From NCBI RefSeq assembly GCF_009914755.1, contig NC_060936.1: DNA of 64,000 nucleotides; one strand, given 5' to 3'. The translations under genes were made by a program, and so were the position numbers. The stretch comes from the human T2T-CHM13v2.0 reference genome, Homo sapiens. The notes beneath the pieces are model-generated. The model saw nothing but the letters and a program-made list of their open reading frames with translations, did no database searches and was not told the origin of the DNA. Of the stretch, positions 24,605-43,629 are shown one piece after another; the first letter of the stretch is position 1; the number at the start of each line of letters is the position of its first letter.

Positions 24605-27600
24605 TAAAACAGAGGTTGGTCTACTAATGTGAATGTAGAAAACCCTGCAATATCGACAATGTGTTTAGGGGTTGTATGTGTAGTAAATGGTTTGCTTCAC
24701 TCAATATCTAAAAGAACAAACTTTGTTTTTTAAATATTCCTTGATGGGTTTCACTCTTATTCATTTTAACTCAAACCTCCACTCCTTTACTCAAGCTTAC
24801 CACCCGGCACCCTCGGTCTCAGCTGACACCTCTGCCATACATGTCATTAGGAAGCTTGAAGCCATCCCTAGCCTTACCCATCCCCAGTCTTTCTCTTGCT
24901 GCCCTGCATGTGGTGTTCCTCCTCTTTTCAAGACAAAGCTGCTCACCTGAATTTCCCTTCCTCAGCTCCTGCCACCTTCAAGACCACGCTCTGTCAGTTA
25001 TCATCTCTCTCCTAAATTTTTAACTTCTCTCTTTTTCCTCTGCCAGATGCATAACCAAGTCTGTCAGATTAACCTATAAGCTCCTTTTCAACCCATTTCA
25101 CCATCTGGTCATAGCCCAGTTTTAGCTTGCCCCATTGCTTTACTCAGGACATCCCCAAATCTGCTGTTCTCACCGCTCCCCTGACAAAAACTTTCATCTG
25201 AGATGAGTCTTTCTGTGTAGATGGAGCTATCACGTATTTTGTTATAACCTGACAGCATTGTGAACAGGGCCAGTTGCTTGGCAGGGCTAGAGAACACTCT
25301 TGTAGAAAGGGATAGATAGATGAGCACACACCTGCTGGCCCACGGGTGATCTGCTCTAGGGAGGTGGTGGTCATCTGATGCACTCCATTTGCAGTTCAGC
25401 CCATGTGTGGAGTCATCTTCTCCTGCCAACATTCCCAAGAGGGCTCACCACTCACCTTCAGAGTCAAGCAGTTGTGGATGGAAATTGACAGGAGTAAGTA
25501 AGCATTCCATCAATATTTGACAATCACTAGGCTAAGTGCCAGGTTTATAACAATGAATAGGACAGGTGGGATGTCTCCCATGCAGTTTACTGTTTGCCCA
25601 CGAGCCTTTCCCCCATTTTCTACCTCCAGTGGCCTTGGTGCTCTGGGGCCTATTCTATGCCTCCACTGTCACTGGCTCTATGTGTTTGCTCTCTGCAGCT
25701 AGCCTTCCTGCTGTTGACAGTGTCCTCCCTTGTCATCACAGTTGATTGACCCAGAAGCTCTGACTGGAGCAGGGAGGGCTTGGAGGGTCAGAAAAAATAC
25801 TATTAATTATAGAGAGGGTTAAATTGTTTGCTCAGTGTCATTCAGTCAGTACCAGAGATAAAAACTCCCCAAATCCCTCAGATTAGGTCAAATCCTGCCA
25901 TAGGCACCTATAGTACCTTGCACCTCTTTTTTTTTTGTAACAATCATCATTCTTGTAGCTATTTGTTTAGTGCCTGTGTTCACCGGAGTCCAGGCTCTAC
26001 TAGAGCTGGTATCACATCTATCCTTTTCACTGTGCATCTAGCACACTCTTGGTATAGATTGCTGGACAAAAATATTTGATTTTATTTTAGATTTTTAGGC
26101 ACCTTGAAATTTTTAGTTAACTGTTTTTTAAAGCGGTTTCCTAAATCTGCAACCATTTCCCTTGCATAAAATGGGTTTTTGAGTCAGGAGATCAGGCACT
26201 ACTGCAAAAAAGGGCCTAGGATCCAAGGCAGATTTAGGGAGAAGGAAATGTTCTAAACAAAAACAAAAACCAGTGGAGCCAGAGGTGTGGATAAGGTATA
26301 CGATAAGCTGTGTGGACTCAGAGGTCCTGGGTGTGTAATAACACAAGATTTCCTCCCCACGGCACACAGCTGCTTGTGCTCAAGTCCTGCCAGTTGACAG
26401 AAAGCTCCCTTGTCTTGTGACTACTGCATTAGGCAGAAGGAGCAAAGAAAGGGCACAACGGACCACGGGCAAGGTAAGGAGGGAAAGACAGTTGCTTTGA
26501 AAAGTCACCAGCAGCCGAGGATCAAGGCCCTTTCAGACCTGGCCCTACATGTTGGGGAGGTACTTGAGAGCATCCTTTAGGAGGAGGCAGTAGGGGGCCA
26601 ATGAGATTTTGAGGACAGAGCAGCTGCTCACACTAGAGAGGCCAGAAATCCTGAGGTTGGACAGAATTTGCTATTGTTTGGATGGTGCTTCTTGAATTTT
26701 TATTCTTTTTTCCCCTAGGGATATGGCTGCTGTATATTGTTAATGATCAGCTGGTTTGGTTTCTGAGTACTTTCAGGGTGCCAAGGCTTTGTATGGGTTC
26801 CTCAGTTGCAAATAGGTTCATGCAGTGACTTCCCCAGACACTGCTTCTTGTGATATAGTTTTGTTTGAGGTGTAATTTAGGCTGCAGTCTAGTAGATGGC
26901 ATTTAAGAGTAAGAACTGGCAGGTAGGGGTGGGGACAGAGGCAATGGAGAAGTGTGTGTTTGGGATTTAAAGAACCTCAAGAAACTGTGATATTATGAAA
27001 TATATATCTGGTCTTCATCTTGATTCCTGGCATAAAACTCCTATAATTCTTGGAATCCAAAATTTTAAATCTAAATTGCGACTGTAAGAAAATAACGTGG
27101 TGCTGCCTTGTGCTGCCTTTCATTCTAAATGGATTTTGGGTGACAAGGTTTAACAGAGTAGAATCACAGGAATGATTTTCTCATTTCTCAAAGTGAGATA
27201 GTTTTTATCTTGGACCCCCCAAACATTGAAGAACCCTTTCTTATGTGGATTTCTAAATAGTGTACAGCACAGTAGTAGGGTTTATTTCCTAAATGGTAAA
27301 ACAAAATCACAGAGAATCTGAGTAACCTTGGATTTTCCTGCTTTAGCCACTTGGCAGAGACTAAGCTTTCTAAGCCAAGGAACCAGACAATCACAGCGTT
27401 ATTGGGTAAACTGTAGCTGACCTTGTGTAAGCCTTCTCTGGGGTAACATATGACCATGATTTATAAGTTTCTCCCACTATCACCGACACATATTTTTCTG
27501 CTTTTTTGGTGTGTTTTCTGTTGTCCTCTTTACAAAAAAGCTAAAGGCTTTTTTTGAGAGACAGTACCAGGTATTTACTATGGCTGAATGCATCATACCT

Positions 27601-27789
27601 AACATCACTACATATGAGACATCTCTTCAAAACTAACAGGTGACAGAAAAGACAACCCAGTCAACTGTGATCAACTAGGAAGTGAAAAAATATGGAGCTC
27701 CATATTTTAATATGCACAACCTGAACAAAATTGTGAGAATATAGCACAGGCATGTGTGTTACAGATGCCATGATAATTCTCACACCAAA

Positions 27790-27823
<34 letters not shown>

Positions 27824-28284
27824 AAACCCTAAAGTGTTTAATGTGCCTCATATCTTTGCTACATCAAATTTTTGGATCAGAATTTATAAGATCTACCAGA
27901 AAAGTATCAAAAGATTATTCTCTTGCAGTGCAGGTTATCTACACACTCTATGTTCTGAATGTGTCCTTTTAAAAATGAAAAAATTCACACATTTTAACCT
28001 GAGGCAGGAAATAACAATTGTGAAGCCTCAAGCAAGCATTTCAGTTTAGTGGTGGTGAGTTTGAGGAAGAATCAGAGCCCCTGGTATTTCTCTCAGCAGG
28101 AAGTCTGAAGTCTGGGCCCAGAAGCAAAACTCAGTTGATGGAATTTTGTCTACATCAGGAAAAAATGAATTTGGGATGGACTAGTTCTCAGCTACATACA
28201 ACCAAGAGTATTAAAATTATAATTCAATCAGAGAGACCATAACAGTTCATTCCTTTGGAAATCATACAATAAATATGACATCTT

Positions 28285-28426
28285 TTTTTAAAAAAATTTA
28301 TTTTTGTTGAAATGGGAGTCTCACTATGCTACCCAGGCTGGCCTTAAACTCCTGGGCTTAAGTGATCTGCCTGCCTCGGCCTCCCAAAGTGCTGAGATTA
28401 AAGGCATGAGCCACCATGCCCAGCCT
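28285..28426 (-). mobile_element. Alu monomer (FLAM/AluJ left arm)
   Basis: ctcactatgctacccaggctggcc...gagccaccatgcccagcc. Confidence 0.85.
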
Positions 28427-28967
28427 GACATTATATTTTCTAAACTAATATACAGCTAGAATATTATGCACTCTCTGAATAACAGAAAAAGAGGTTTTAA
28501 TATAGGTAGATTTTTTAACTTTAATAATTTTAAAAACCAAAAAGTTTAAGGCTTTAAAGGAATAATAATCAAAACCTATAAAGTTACAAACAAAGTACAT
28601 TTCTTAAATATCTACCACTCCAGTTCTTTGAATACTACAATTGGTTGCACACATTAAACTTGTGCGGCGATTAATGCTTTCCATGTCTTTTCCATCTGCT
28701 TACAGTTATGCCACAGACCTCTGGGCATAAGGACTAGCCAGGTCTGTCTAACACATACTTCGGTGTGACTTAACAAACTGGTTTCTACTACATTCAGCCT
28801 GAAGTGACAGTGCTTTTTAATGTTGGTTGCAGGCAGGGGACTGTTGCCCCCTCCCAAGCACTTCAGCTTCCTTGCACGGCCTCTCCTTGGCTTCTGTCTG
28901 TCCCTGCCAGCAGCATTTCATGGGACCCATCCTGACCCTCCAAGAAAGCAGAAAAGGGGGTTCCTGA

Positions 28968-29438
28968 TGTAAAAAGTAAAGAACTATCATCTGAAGAAGG
29001 TGAGTCCTTTTAAACTGTGAGTCCTGGAGCCACGTTAAAATGAGAGCAATCACACCTTACTCCCTGCTTTGAGCTATGTGTTCATCTCTTAAAACTGCTT
29101 GCTATTGCCACAAGTAGCTATCAATTAATTTTAATTTGGGATAATTAGCATAGTGTCTTATCAGAACTATAGCCCATATTCTTTAGCTTAACAATGGATA
29201 GCCAATTGCTCATCAATTTTATTTCTGTAAACCAGAGAGTTCCTGATCAACAACTTTGTACCAGCCCACTCTCTCTGTCCCCCTTTTGTCTTTAAAAACC
29301 TGCTTGGAACAAAGGCTCTAGGAAGCTCACAGCCAAGGGTACTTGGGTCTGAGTCTTCCAGGCAGCTGTCCTCACTTTGGCTCAAGTAAACTCTTTAGAT
29401 TGTACTCTGTGTCTCAGCTTCTTCCTTTCAGGTGGATA
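28968..29438 (+). mobile_element. ERV1 solo LTR (MER67-like), copy 1
   Basis: TG start; 4-bp TSD CTGA; gagctatgtgttcatctcttaaaactgcttgctattgccacaagtagcta. Confidence 0.75.
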
Positions 29439-29569
29439 CTGAGGGGAGTAAATGAATGGCTCCTGCTCTTTCTCTGTCTGAAGCTTGGACTATTCATGAG
29501 AGGACTTCCTACTCCAAGACATAAGGGAGTCTTGCTCAGAAGGAGGAGCTCCTGTCTGCTGAGGACACA

Positions 29570-29700
29570 GTTCCATCCAATGAGGTCAGCAGGGCTATCA
29601 GCAGCTTCCGTTAATTCCGTTGGGGCAGGCGCTTGGCAAGCGGCAGTTATTTGAGCTGAGGATGCTGGGATAGATTTTAACATGAGCAGTTGGCCCTTAG
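29570..29700. promoter_or_regulatory. MYB (A-MYB-type) motif cluster, copy 1
   Basis: CCGTTA 29608, CCGTTG 29617, GGCAGTTA 29642, GCAGTTGG 29686 (all YAACKG on the minus strand); CCAAT 29577 overlapping TGAGGTCA 29581. Confidence 0.6.
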
Positions 29701-31545
29701 ATCATGAGACCAGCTAAAGTGCCCAAGGAAATGGAACAGCAGGGAGAGGGGACATCACACACACCACCAAAACCTCTTGTTAGTCTCTGGCTTCCATATC
29801 CTTCCCCAAAACCTCAGCCCAACTCAGCCTCATTTTTCCATCTCTTCTCCCTTCCTCCATGGGAGAGCTTTCTGTTGGCACAGGAATAGCTGAGAAGTGG
29901 GAAAGATCAAGTGTAGTAAAAGCTGCCCCAGATAATCTACAGAAAACTTTGCTGGAATGAGGTTGTGCATCTCTGAACCTGAGCTAGATTTGTTGGGTCA
30001 GGGACCATATTTAACTGGCTCAAGAACTGACACAGGAGGTGTCTAATAAATACTTGTTGGATGAATAAACAGCTAAGTGAGTGCTTACAAAAGCAAAGCT
30101 CCAGTACCCTCAGGCCACACCTACTGGAAAAATATATGTCAGCCCCAGAAAATTGTGGGCAAGATGAGGCAAGTCCTGAGCAACACAGGAAACTGCCCTC
30201 CTCCTTTTCTGGCCCCGCTTCCACTGTGATGCTAAAGATCGCATCAAGGCTGGTCATCCAATCAGCAGGATGTAAGAGGGTCATTCTTCACTGTGGCCAT
30301 TTAGAAGTTTCCTGGAAACCTGGCTTTCTCCTGACCATTGCCCCATGAGCATGGTGGTGACAAGCTTGGGCTCTGAAATCAGACAGCCCCAAGTTTGAAA
30401 CCTCAATATTCTTACTTGCTAGCTATGAGACTTTGGGCAAATTCACCTCTCCAAATCTCAATTTCTCAATCTGTATAATGGGGATAATATTGGGTAATGC
30501 ACTAAGCACCATGTCAGGAATGTAGTTAGTGTTCAATAAACGTTTATCTTTATTACTGCGAAACCTCATTCTGCCATTCCCTTCTTTGTCTTCCTCTCCC
30601 AACCCCCCAGCTTCATCATGGCCTATGAACAGCCAAAGGGTAAAATGATCAGAAAACTGGACAGTTTTTGACAGTCTGTAAGTAACTACTGTGGCCTACT
30701 CAACTGCCTGGCCTTTTGAAAAGCACACTTAGAAGCTGGTGATGTCCATGGGACCACATACCGGGAAATGACAGAGGTGTATATTTACAAAGTAACTCTT
30801 GACCCAAAGTACCTCTTTAAAAGAAGACAAGCATGTTTTGCTCCCATGATATCTTATAGTGGCACCTAGATTGCTGAGGGCCTGTTGTCCAGTAAGTAAT
30901 GTCACCTAGAGGGGGTATGATTGGTTTGGAGTCTGGGTCTGAGAACTGGGGTAAACCACTTCTTCATGTCGTAGTCCCCTTATACATAAAACAGAGGGAT
31001 TGGACCAGATGGATCACTAAAGGTCCTTCCAGTGTTAAGACTTAAAGGGTAAATGGCTCTTTGATAAAGAGAGATCATAAAAAAGTAAGATCCACACAGC
31101 TTAACCTCCCAGGGGGCAATTAAGATGCTTTAATGTGAAGTGAATGACGACGTGGTAGAGTTTGATGTGAATGTAATAGCATAGGAAGGCCGGAGGGCAT
31201 GGGGGCCTCTCAACCTCATTCTCTGTACTAGATGCGGCATCTGGAGCATCTCAAGAGGGGCTAAGAGATTCTGTCCTCACCCCAGCTCTGAAGATGCCTC
31301 CACCATGAGAAAGAGACAGGGAGCCCCTGACTCTCTCTGCTCCTTCACCGGTTACTCCCACGTTGGAAGGCAGGAGAGGAGCAAGGCCCCAGCATCTTCC
31401 ATCACTGCTGCAGACACCAACCAACCCTCCTTCCTCCCCACCTCTGCTTCAACTCTCACCTGAGTCCCCGCCCCAAATAGCCCTCTGCTAGCCATTAGGT
31501 GTTAGCTGCACTTCACTTGCAAAAGGTTTTCCTCTGCCAATTTTT

Positions 31546-32163
31546 TTTTAAATTTAAAAGTAAACTTTAATATTGAAAATGCAAACTTGGGGAGGGCAGA
31601 AAGATCACACACAAGGCTGTCGCTTCACACTTGGAGGGTTGCACAGTGGCTGGGCAAAGGCGCTCCTCACTTCCCAGACAATGGGGCGGCCAGGCAGAGG
31701 TGCTCCTCACTTCCGAAACAGTGCCTTGGCCGGGCAGAGGCGCTGGTCACTTCCCGGATGGTGCGGCGGCCAGGGAGAGACGCTTCTCACTTCCCAGACG
31801 GTGGGGCGGCCAGGTAGAGGCGCTCCTCACTCCCTAGACTGTGGGGCGTCCAGGGAGAGACGCTTCTCACTTCCCAGACGGTGGGGCGGCCAGGTAGAGG
31901 CGCTCTTCACTTCCCAGACGGTGGGGCGGCCAGGGAGAGACGCTTCTCACTTCCCAGACAGTGCGGCAGCCAGGTAGAGGCGCTCCTCACTTCCCAGACA
32001 GTGTAGTCCCTGGGCAGAGGGGCACCTCACTTCCCAGATGGGGCAGCGACCGCAGAGGCACTCCTCACTTCCCAGACGGCGGGGGAGCCAGGCAGAGGAG
32101 CTCTTCACTTCCCAGACGGGGTGGCGGCCGGGCAGAGGCGCTCCTCACTTCCGAGACGGGGTG
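31546..32163 (-). mobile_element. SVA2 element (VNTR + unique 3' end + polyA)
   Basis: About 13 ~40-bp VNTR units (gaggcgctcctcacttcccagacggtggggcggcc); SVA2-type 3' end; no SINE-R; ~16-bp TSD tcctctgccaattttt / tccttcgccaattttt. Confidence 0.88.
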
Positions 32164-33832
32164 TCCTTCGCCAATTTTTATAAAAAATTTTGGCATAGTG
32201 CTTGCATAAATTTGCAGGTTGTATTCAAGACGCCTTGACTCCAATAACATAAGAGAAAACACAATGAGGGCACTTGCAGTCAAAGGAAGTTTTCAGGAGG
32301 GCACACTTGATTTGCTACACGGGGCTGGGAGAGGCACTGGGTATGTGAGGCTGGGATGCCCACGATCCAGGAATACAGAGCTTTTTCAACGTTGGCTTGA
32401 AGTCATGGCTAATAGGCAGAAAAAGGCTCCTCTCACCATGAGGGAAGACTCAGGAGGTGTGGAGGGGAATGGGGTCCATTTATTCCATCCAAGATGGGGC
32501 AAGGAAGGACAGGAGGAAGCCCAAGTGTGGAGCTGTTTCCTCCCAATAGTGAATATCTGGTAATTTACCCAGAAGTTCTGATTTTTCTTTTTAGTCAAAC
32601 TAGGTTCTGATTTCCAAGATAAGGCGAAATCCAGAGCAGTTTGGGAAATGAAGGAATCTGACTGAACAATAAGAGTCAGAACCATTGCCCTACCATAAGC
32701 AACACCTTAACAGAAACAAATTCCTTTGTCCGTTCATTCTATCCACAGACTATTTTCAGAGAAGAGAATGTCCCAGCTAGAAATGCAAGTGGACGAGTGC
32801 CAACCCGATGAGGCCAATGATTTGCGAGTGGAGACCTCTGAGGAACTTGGTAAAGAAAGCAGGGCTTTGGCCTTCGCCTGGGAGGCTTGGGACCCCTGAC
32901 CACCCCCTGCCCCATCACCAATAAACAGACAGGAAGGAGGAATTCAGGGACAGCCTTCAGAAAGGAGTGGCTATCCACTGGCCACAGCGATGACTAAAGA
33001 GAGGTTCATGCCACAGCAGAACACAAACGGCGCCAAAGCTGTCTAAAGCAGACACTGAGTTTATTATTTGCTGAAGAAGGGGAGTGACCCATTTCATTAA
33101 GAAAGGTCAGAACAGCTCTCCAAACTGAAGGTAAACAGGACGGACACACTGTGGAAAAGAGGACATTTTGTTTAAAGGTCTGATTGGCTTAATTGTAAAC
33201 TCTCTTGAGGGAGTGGCTGCTGTTCTGGTTGTGTGTCACAGAGGCTTGAGAACAGCTCGCAGGAGATCCTGGATGATCTGACCTGTGGTGCACGGCCCTG
33301 GCAGCCTGGTGTCTGTGCCTCCTCTCGTTGAGATGAGATTTTTCTCTGGCACCCACTTGGGTTAAGAGTGAGAAGCCCTGGGGCCCATGGGCCTGCTGCA
33401 TGACTCTGTACCCATCACCTGGCACATATGCAGACTTCCTGGTCACAGGGATGAGGAAACCACATGAAAAGCAGTTGGAGAAATTTGTTACCATGCAGCC
33501 ATCCTATTTTCTAAACAGGAAAACTGAGTTGCAGAGAGCGAAGCCCCAGTAAGTTGGAGGATAGATGATTAAAATGCTGCTGAATAAGGGAGAAAAAGGC
33601 AAACTGGAAAGACCTAACCCCAAATTAGTCATGTCCAAATCCTGGTAGGAAGATTACAAGAGATTTTTATTTTCTCTCCTGTATGGATTTTCTATATTAT
33701 TCTTTTCTGTTGGTATTCTGTATTCTCCAAATTTTTTTACTATGTGTGGTTTTGAAACCATATTTACAAAAATTTGAAGCATCAAAGATGAGCTCAAGGT
33801 CAAGGTCACTATTAAGTCAAAGGCATGCATAG

Positions 33833-34125
33833 ATCAGGCACAGTGGCTCATACGTGTAATCCCAGCACTTTGGGAGGCTGAGGCAGGCAGATCACTGGAG
33901 GCCAAGAGTTTGAGGCCAGCTTGGGCAACAGAGAGAGACCCCATCTCTACTAAAAATTCAAAAAATTAGCTGGTCATGGTGGCATGCACCTGCAGTTCAG
34001 CTACTCAGGAGGCTGAGGCAGGAGGATTGCTTAAGCCCAGGAGTTTAAGGTTACAGTGAGCTATGATCCCTTCTCCGTACTCTAGCCTGGGTGACAGAGG
34101 GAGACCTTGTCTCTGTTTAAAAAAC
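33833..34125 (+). mobile_element. AluJ
   Basis: caggcacagtggctcatacgtgtaatcccagcactttgggagg... Confidence 0.92.
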
Positions 34126-36895
34126 AAATCTGTGCTTAGCAAAGTCAGGATATTTTCCCAGAACAGGAGTTGAGAATTCAGAGCTGGTGGCTAAGTCTGG
34201 CAGCCCTATGCTGGCTAGAGCCTAGGGCTCCATCTCCAGCGTCCCAGTCCAATTACCCTCTTCCTTGTTAGCAATAAGCAATGCACTTCTTCAAGCTAGC
34301 ATGCTGCTGTCTCCTCTATTCCAATTTCTTGTCCTCGCTGTTCACTGCCTTGTTACCTGGTGGCCCTGTCCAACATCAAGGACTCAACCTTTCCATTTCC
34401 TCCCAGGACCCTCGCTGAGTCCCCTTAGCCTCTTCACTTGCTTCTGCATGGCCCGTCCTGTCAGTTATTTCAGCAATCCCTCATCCCCTTGACCTCACCG
34501 CCTGCCCCTGGGGACAATCACAAGAGGACTCCATTTGACTCAGTCCAGCTGCCGCCTTCTCTGTCCTGCCTGAAGCAGCTGAGCGCTGTTGAGACCACAC
34601 GGCCTCATGGATCTAGACGGGCATGAGCTCCTGGCCTCTGCTTCATCCTTGGTGCTGCCCGTAAGTCCTGTGGTCTCTGGCCAGCTTTATGTCCTACTCC
34701 CCCAATGGCTATAACAGACCTTCACCAGTCTCCTGAAGATTTCTTTCCTACTGACTCGCCCCTCCCCAGCCCTAGCTCACAATGAACTTACCCTCTGCTT
34801 CAAGGTAGAAGTAAATTTCCTTATGTGGGGGGAACGTTCAAAATTTCTAGCCTCCCTCTGCAGAGCCCCTCTCCCCGGCAGCCTCTCCTTCTACAGCTGT
34901 GGGAGGAGGCCTTACTTTTGAGTAAAGCTAATGCCTCCTCACAGCACTGAGTCCCCTCTCGTCCCCATTTCTCAGGGAGCTTATTCCATTTCTAGTCCTC
35001 TCGTATTTTAAATATGAAGCCAGAATACAGCCATGGAACTGCTTCTCCCTCAGAGCCTCCAGTAGAAACTCACCCTGCCAACACCTTGACTTTGCACTTC
35101 CAGCCAGCCCTAGGAACCCAATACACCAACTTTCAAGGGCCTCATCCCACTGACGTCCAAGCAGGCCTAGATCTATGTATGTGTTGTCTCAGTTCTGAAA
35201 GCTCCCATGAGCCTGCAGAGAGACTGCAGGGTCTTCCTGAATCGTGCCTGAGGATGAGAGGGAGACTTAGAGGATTGCCCAGATATTGTTCCACCATTTT
35301 TCTAAACTCTGCTGGCCTCTCCCCCTCCCCCAAGAAGGCTTCCTGCTAAATTCTGCCCTGCAAGTTGGCCCTGCAGCATTCTCAAGTGCTGCCTGCCCCT
35401 GTGAACTTAAATGGATTGCGCTGTTCTTTGCACAAGAGCAAAAACATCTGCCTGGAGTGCAGCTTGTCCTAGTGGCTGGGACTTCCCTGATACACAGCTC
35501 TCCCCCATCTGCTGTGGAGTGGTCTCACTGACATCTGGGGAAGCAACTGGAAGAAGCTTCATCCCTATTTCCAAAGGTTCACAGTGACTGGCAGCTGGTG
35601 TTGAGACAGACCCGCCGCCTTCTGTAGGTGGACTTTGGTGCTGGCCTTGGTTGTCTTTTTATGGACATATTGTGAGGAGTGTGATTTTCGTCCTCCTGCC
35701 CCAGCAGTGTGGCAGTGCATTTTTTATTCTTTCAAGCAGGTTGTTTCATGGTGTTTCTTGGCATACGATGGGAACAGAATTAAAGATATGCCTCTTTTGG
35801 GGCGTGGCTTTGGCACCAAAGGCTTTCCGGAAGGAGCTGCTCAGACCAAGGGGGGCTCCCCTGCTAAAGATGGGAGGGAGGAGTCACCAGGAGTGGCCAC
35901 CTTACCTATGGAATTGATTGTAGCCATCCTAAGGAAGGTCTATGGGCTCTTGAGGAAGGCAAAGGTCTTGTATAATAACTGACCCACAAGCTGTCTTTTG
36001 CCTGTCTTTTGCCAATAGCAGTGCCAAGCTGTCTCTGGCTATTGGGCAGCTGATGAGCACCGTCATGAAAAAGTGGGGCCGAGACGTGCTGCAAGTAGTG
36101 TGGCGCTGGGGCAGGAGCTCTGCCTGCAGAACAGGGGCCAGGCTCCCTCCTGGCTCTGTCACTCAGCAGGTGCAGGGCCTTGGCCAGTCCCCTGTCCTGT
36201 GTTAGTCATGATTCATTCACCTATCAAATGGAGGCTTGGCCTGAGTTTTCTCTGCAGTCCTACTGAGCTCCAGCTTTTTAAATTCTCACCTCCCTACTGC
36301 CTCCTCTGCTGTGGGCCAGTTTCTCAGCTACAATATCCATGTTCAAGGGTGTAGGCAGTGGAAGGCCTCATAGGCAGGGCACAGGGAAGCCTTGTGGGTT
36401 CATTCATGCAGCTTTCCTGAGACAGCTGGGGGCTTAGACTGTGACTGCAAACCAACAAGCTGGTGGAGTGACGGTGGCCTTGGAATGCTTTTCCTTTTTA
36501 GGTTGACATGTTAAAATGGGAAAAATCTGCTTACAAATCTACATTTCCCACTTCGCTGAAAGAACTTTAAAATGGGGTCACTTAGAACAACCTGGACTCT
36601 CTCACAACCTTCCTCCTTCTCTTTCTGAGTCTCTTGACACACCTGGCCTTCACTAATTTAGGTGACTTGCCTGGTGTAGCTACTAGAAATGGAAGAATAC
36701 CCTGAGGGCATCTGGGAGGCATTGCCCTGTAGTGGGCTTCCCAGAGACCATGTGTTAGGGATGTGAGGGCCAGGCCAGAGCCTTGCTGCCCCTCCTGCAA
36801 TGCCAGCTGTCCCTGCAGTTTTGTGGGTGGAAAGTTGATCCCAGCTGACAGTGGCAGCCTTGAAGTGTCTCCAGGAGGGTCTGGTACCTCTTGAG

Positions 36896-37436
36896 TGTTG
36901 GAAGTAAATGCTCGGTGCTGCCAAGTGAAAATAGCACTCAGGCAAAAGTTTTCTCAGCAAGGCAATTTACTTCTACAGAAGGGTGCATCTCACGGATGGA
37001 GCAATGGCAAGAGCACACTGGACAAGGGAGGGGAAGGGGTTCTTATTCCTAATGCAGCTAGTCCCTACTGCTGTGTCTTTCCCCTATTGGCTGGGGTTGG
37101 ACTGCACAGTCTAAGCTAATTCCAACTGGCTATTTTAAAGAGAGCAGGGGTATGAGCCAGAGAGGCGGGGTGAGTAGTTTTGGTGGGAAGGATGGTTACA
37201 GAGCAGGTGACTAAGGATGACTAAGAACACAGCAGGTGACTAAGGATGACTAAGGACAGAGCAGGTGATAGAGGCTGGGAGGGGGTTGTTTACCAAAACT
37301 AGGGGCAAAGAGACGTAAAGAACAAAGTTAAACTTTAAAGTGGAGAACAAACAACAGGGAAGCTGAACATACTGACATGTTGGTTCTTTGAAGAGGAACT
37401 CAGAACTCATTGTACTTAACAATTTTCCCCCTCTTG
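36896..37436 (-). mobile_element. LTR10-family (HERV-I/IP10) 3' LTR with polypurine tract
   Basis: Minus strand: aagagggggaaaat followed by TGTTAAGTACAATGAGTTCTGAGTTCCTCTTCAAAGAACC...AACA; short internal tandem gcaggtgactaaggatgactaag. Confidence 0.8.
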
Positions 37437-37464
37437 AATTTTTTTTCAAGTTTCTGATAACTTT

Positions 37465-42350
<4,886 letters not shown>

Positions 42351-43629
42351 TCTCTCTTTTCGCCCCCGGGTTCTGCCCAGGGTGGCCTGATGGAAAGCCC
42401 CGACATTAGAATGGGAACCATCCCTTAAAACCTGTCTTTTCCAAAAGCCAGTTTGAATTTACATCTTTAAAATCTCCAAAATATTTATTTTACAAGGCAG
42501 GAGCTGTGCCCCAAAGCTTGTGGCAATTGGGGACCTAAGGTTCCTTGAAATCACCTGAGTGTGGAAGTGGTGATAAGGTGCTAAAGAGATGATCTGAACT
42601 CACCAGGCTGATGTGGATAGAATGGGAGGCCCCAGTTCTGTCCCTCCATCCCTGAGGCCCCTCCCCAACCTCCCTGGACCCCCTGTCCACAGAGGCCGTG
42701 CTGTGTGCCAGCCTCACTCCTGCATTCTGGAGATGCCGTTCCAAGATGGAGGTTCCCTCACACCTTCCCCCACCCAGCAAACTCCATTGGACAGATCCAC
42801 ACCAGCAACAGCTTCACAGCTAGGCCCTGGAGGTATGGAGCTCACAGACCTCCCACTAACTAAGAAAAACACGGTAGAGAGCCAGAAGGGTGGCAGGTTC
42901 CAACAGAGCCCCCACCATGTCCCCCACCCAGCCCCCCATCCGACCCCTTCCCTCCACCTGGACTCAGCACCATCCTGAGTCCCTGCGTGAGAGGCACGTT
43001 GAGTTCTATGGAAGAATAACAAAAGTGAGAACAACTGGTACAGTTGCCATGAGGCCCTGGATGCCCAGGGGACTGGAGGCTTTGACGGCCTCTGACTCGG
43101 CCCCTCTCGGGGGATCCTGAAGACTATGGGGATGTTTGCCTCTCCACACACACACAGCATCCCATTCCCTGGCTGCCACTCCACACGGATTACCTTCCTG
43201 CACCAGAGGTTTCAATATTTCTTGAAAAGGTTGGCAATTTTGAAATTTTTTTCATACATTTATTCCTTATGATCCACTCCTCTGCTTTCTTACAATTGAG
43301 CATTTTGAGAATAATTTAACCTTTTCATCATGACTTGGGGTCCTGATGATGAACACCATTATTGTGTTGAGATGTCATTTCCCCCAGAGTGCAGGGACCA
43401 TGTCTCAGTCCTCTGTGTGCTCCTCGGCACCTCGGCCAGCCCATGGCGATGCTGTGTGTGTCTGCGGGGTTGCACTGACAGAAGCCAACAGAGGCTCTGG
43501 CATAAAGGCTGACAGCCTGCTGCTCTGGGCGGTTCTGCTTTGTGAATATGTGTTCCTTAGTGTCTTTCCTTAGTATCCTCTCTTGCTATCAGTCTATCAG
43601 CTCACCAAATCTTGAGGCCCCTCTTTTTA

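Larger units (their letters stand above)
28655..30480 (+). repeat. Local segmental duplication, copy 1 (direct repeat of 49082-50945)
   Basis: Collinear by eye; hand-counted identity about 83% at the 5' edge and about 96% in the core. Confidence 0.95.

Noticed and set aside
27794-27821. PolyA run as the tail of a retrocopy
   Set aside because: No upstream AATAAA, TSD or recognisable parent sequence.
31640-32160. ~40-bp repeat array as a CRISPR-like array
   Set aside because: The units are contiguous with no unique spacers; this is the SVA-type VNTR in eukaryotic DNA.
37365-37385. p53 site in LTR10 (and in MER61)
   Set aside because: Only a degenerate half-site is visible; there is no full RRRCWWGYYY pair.
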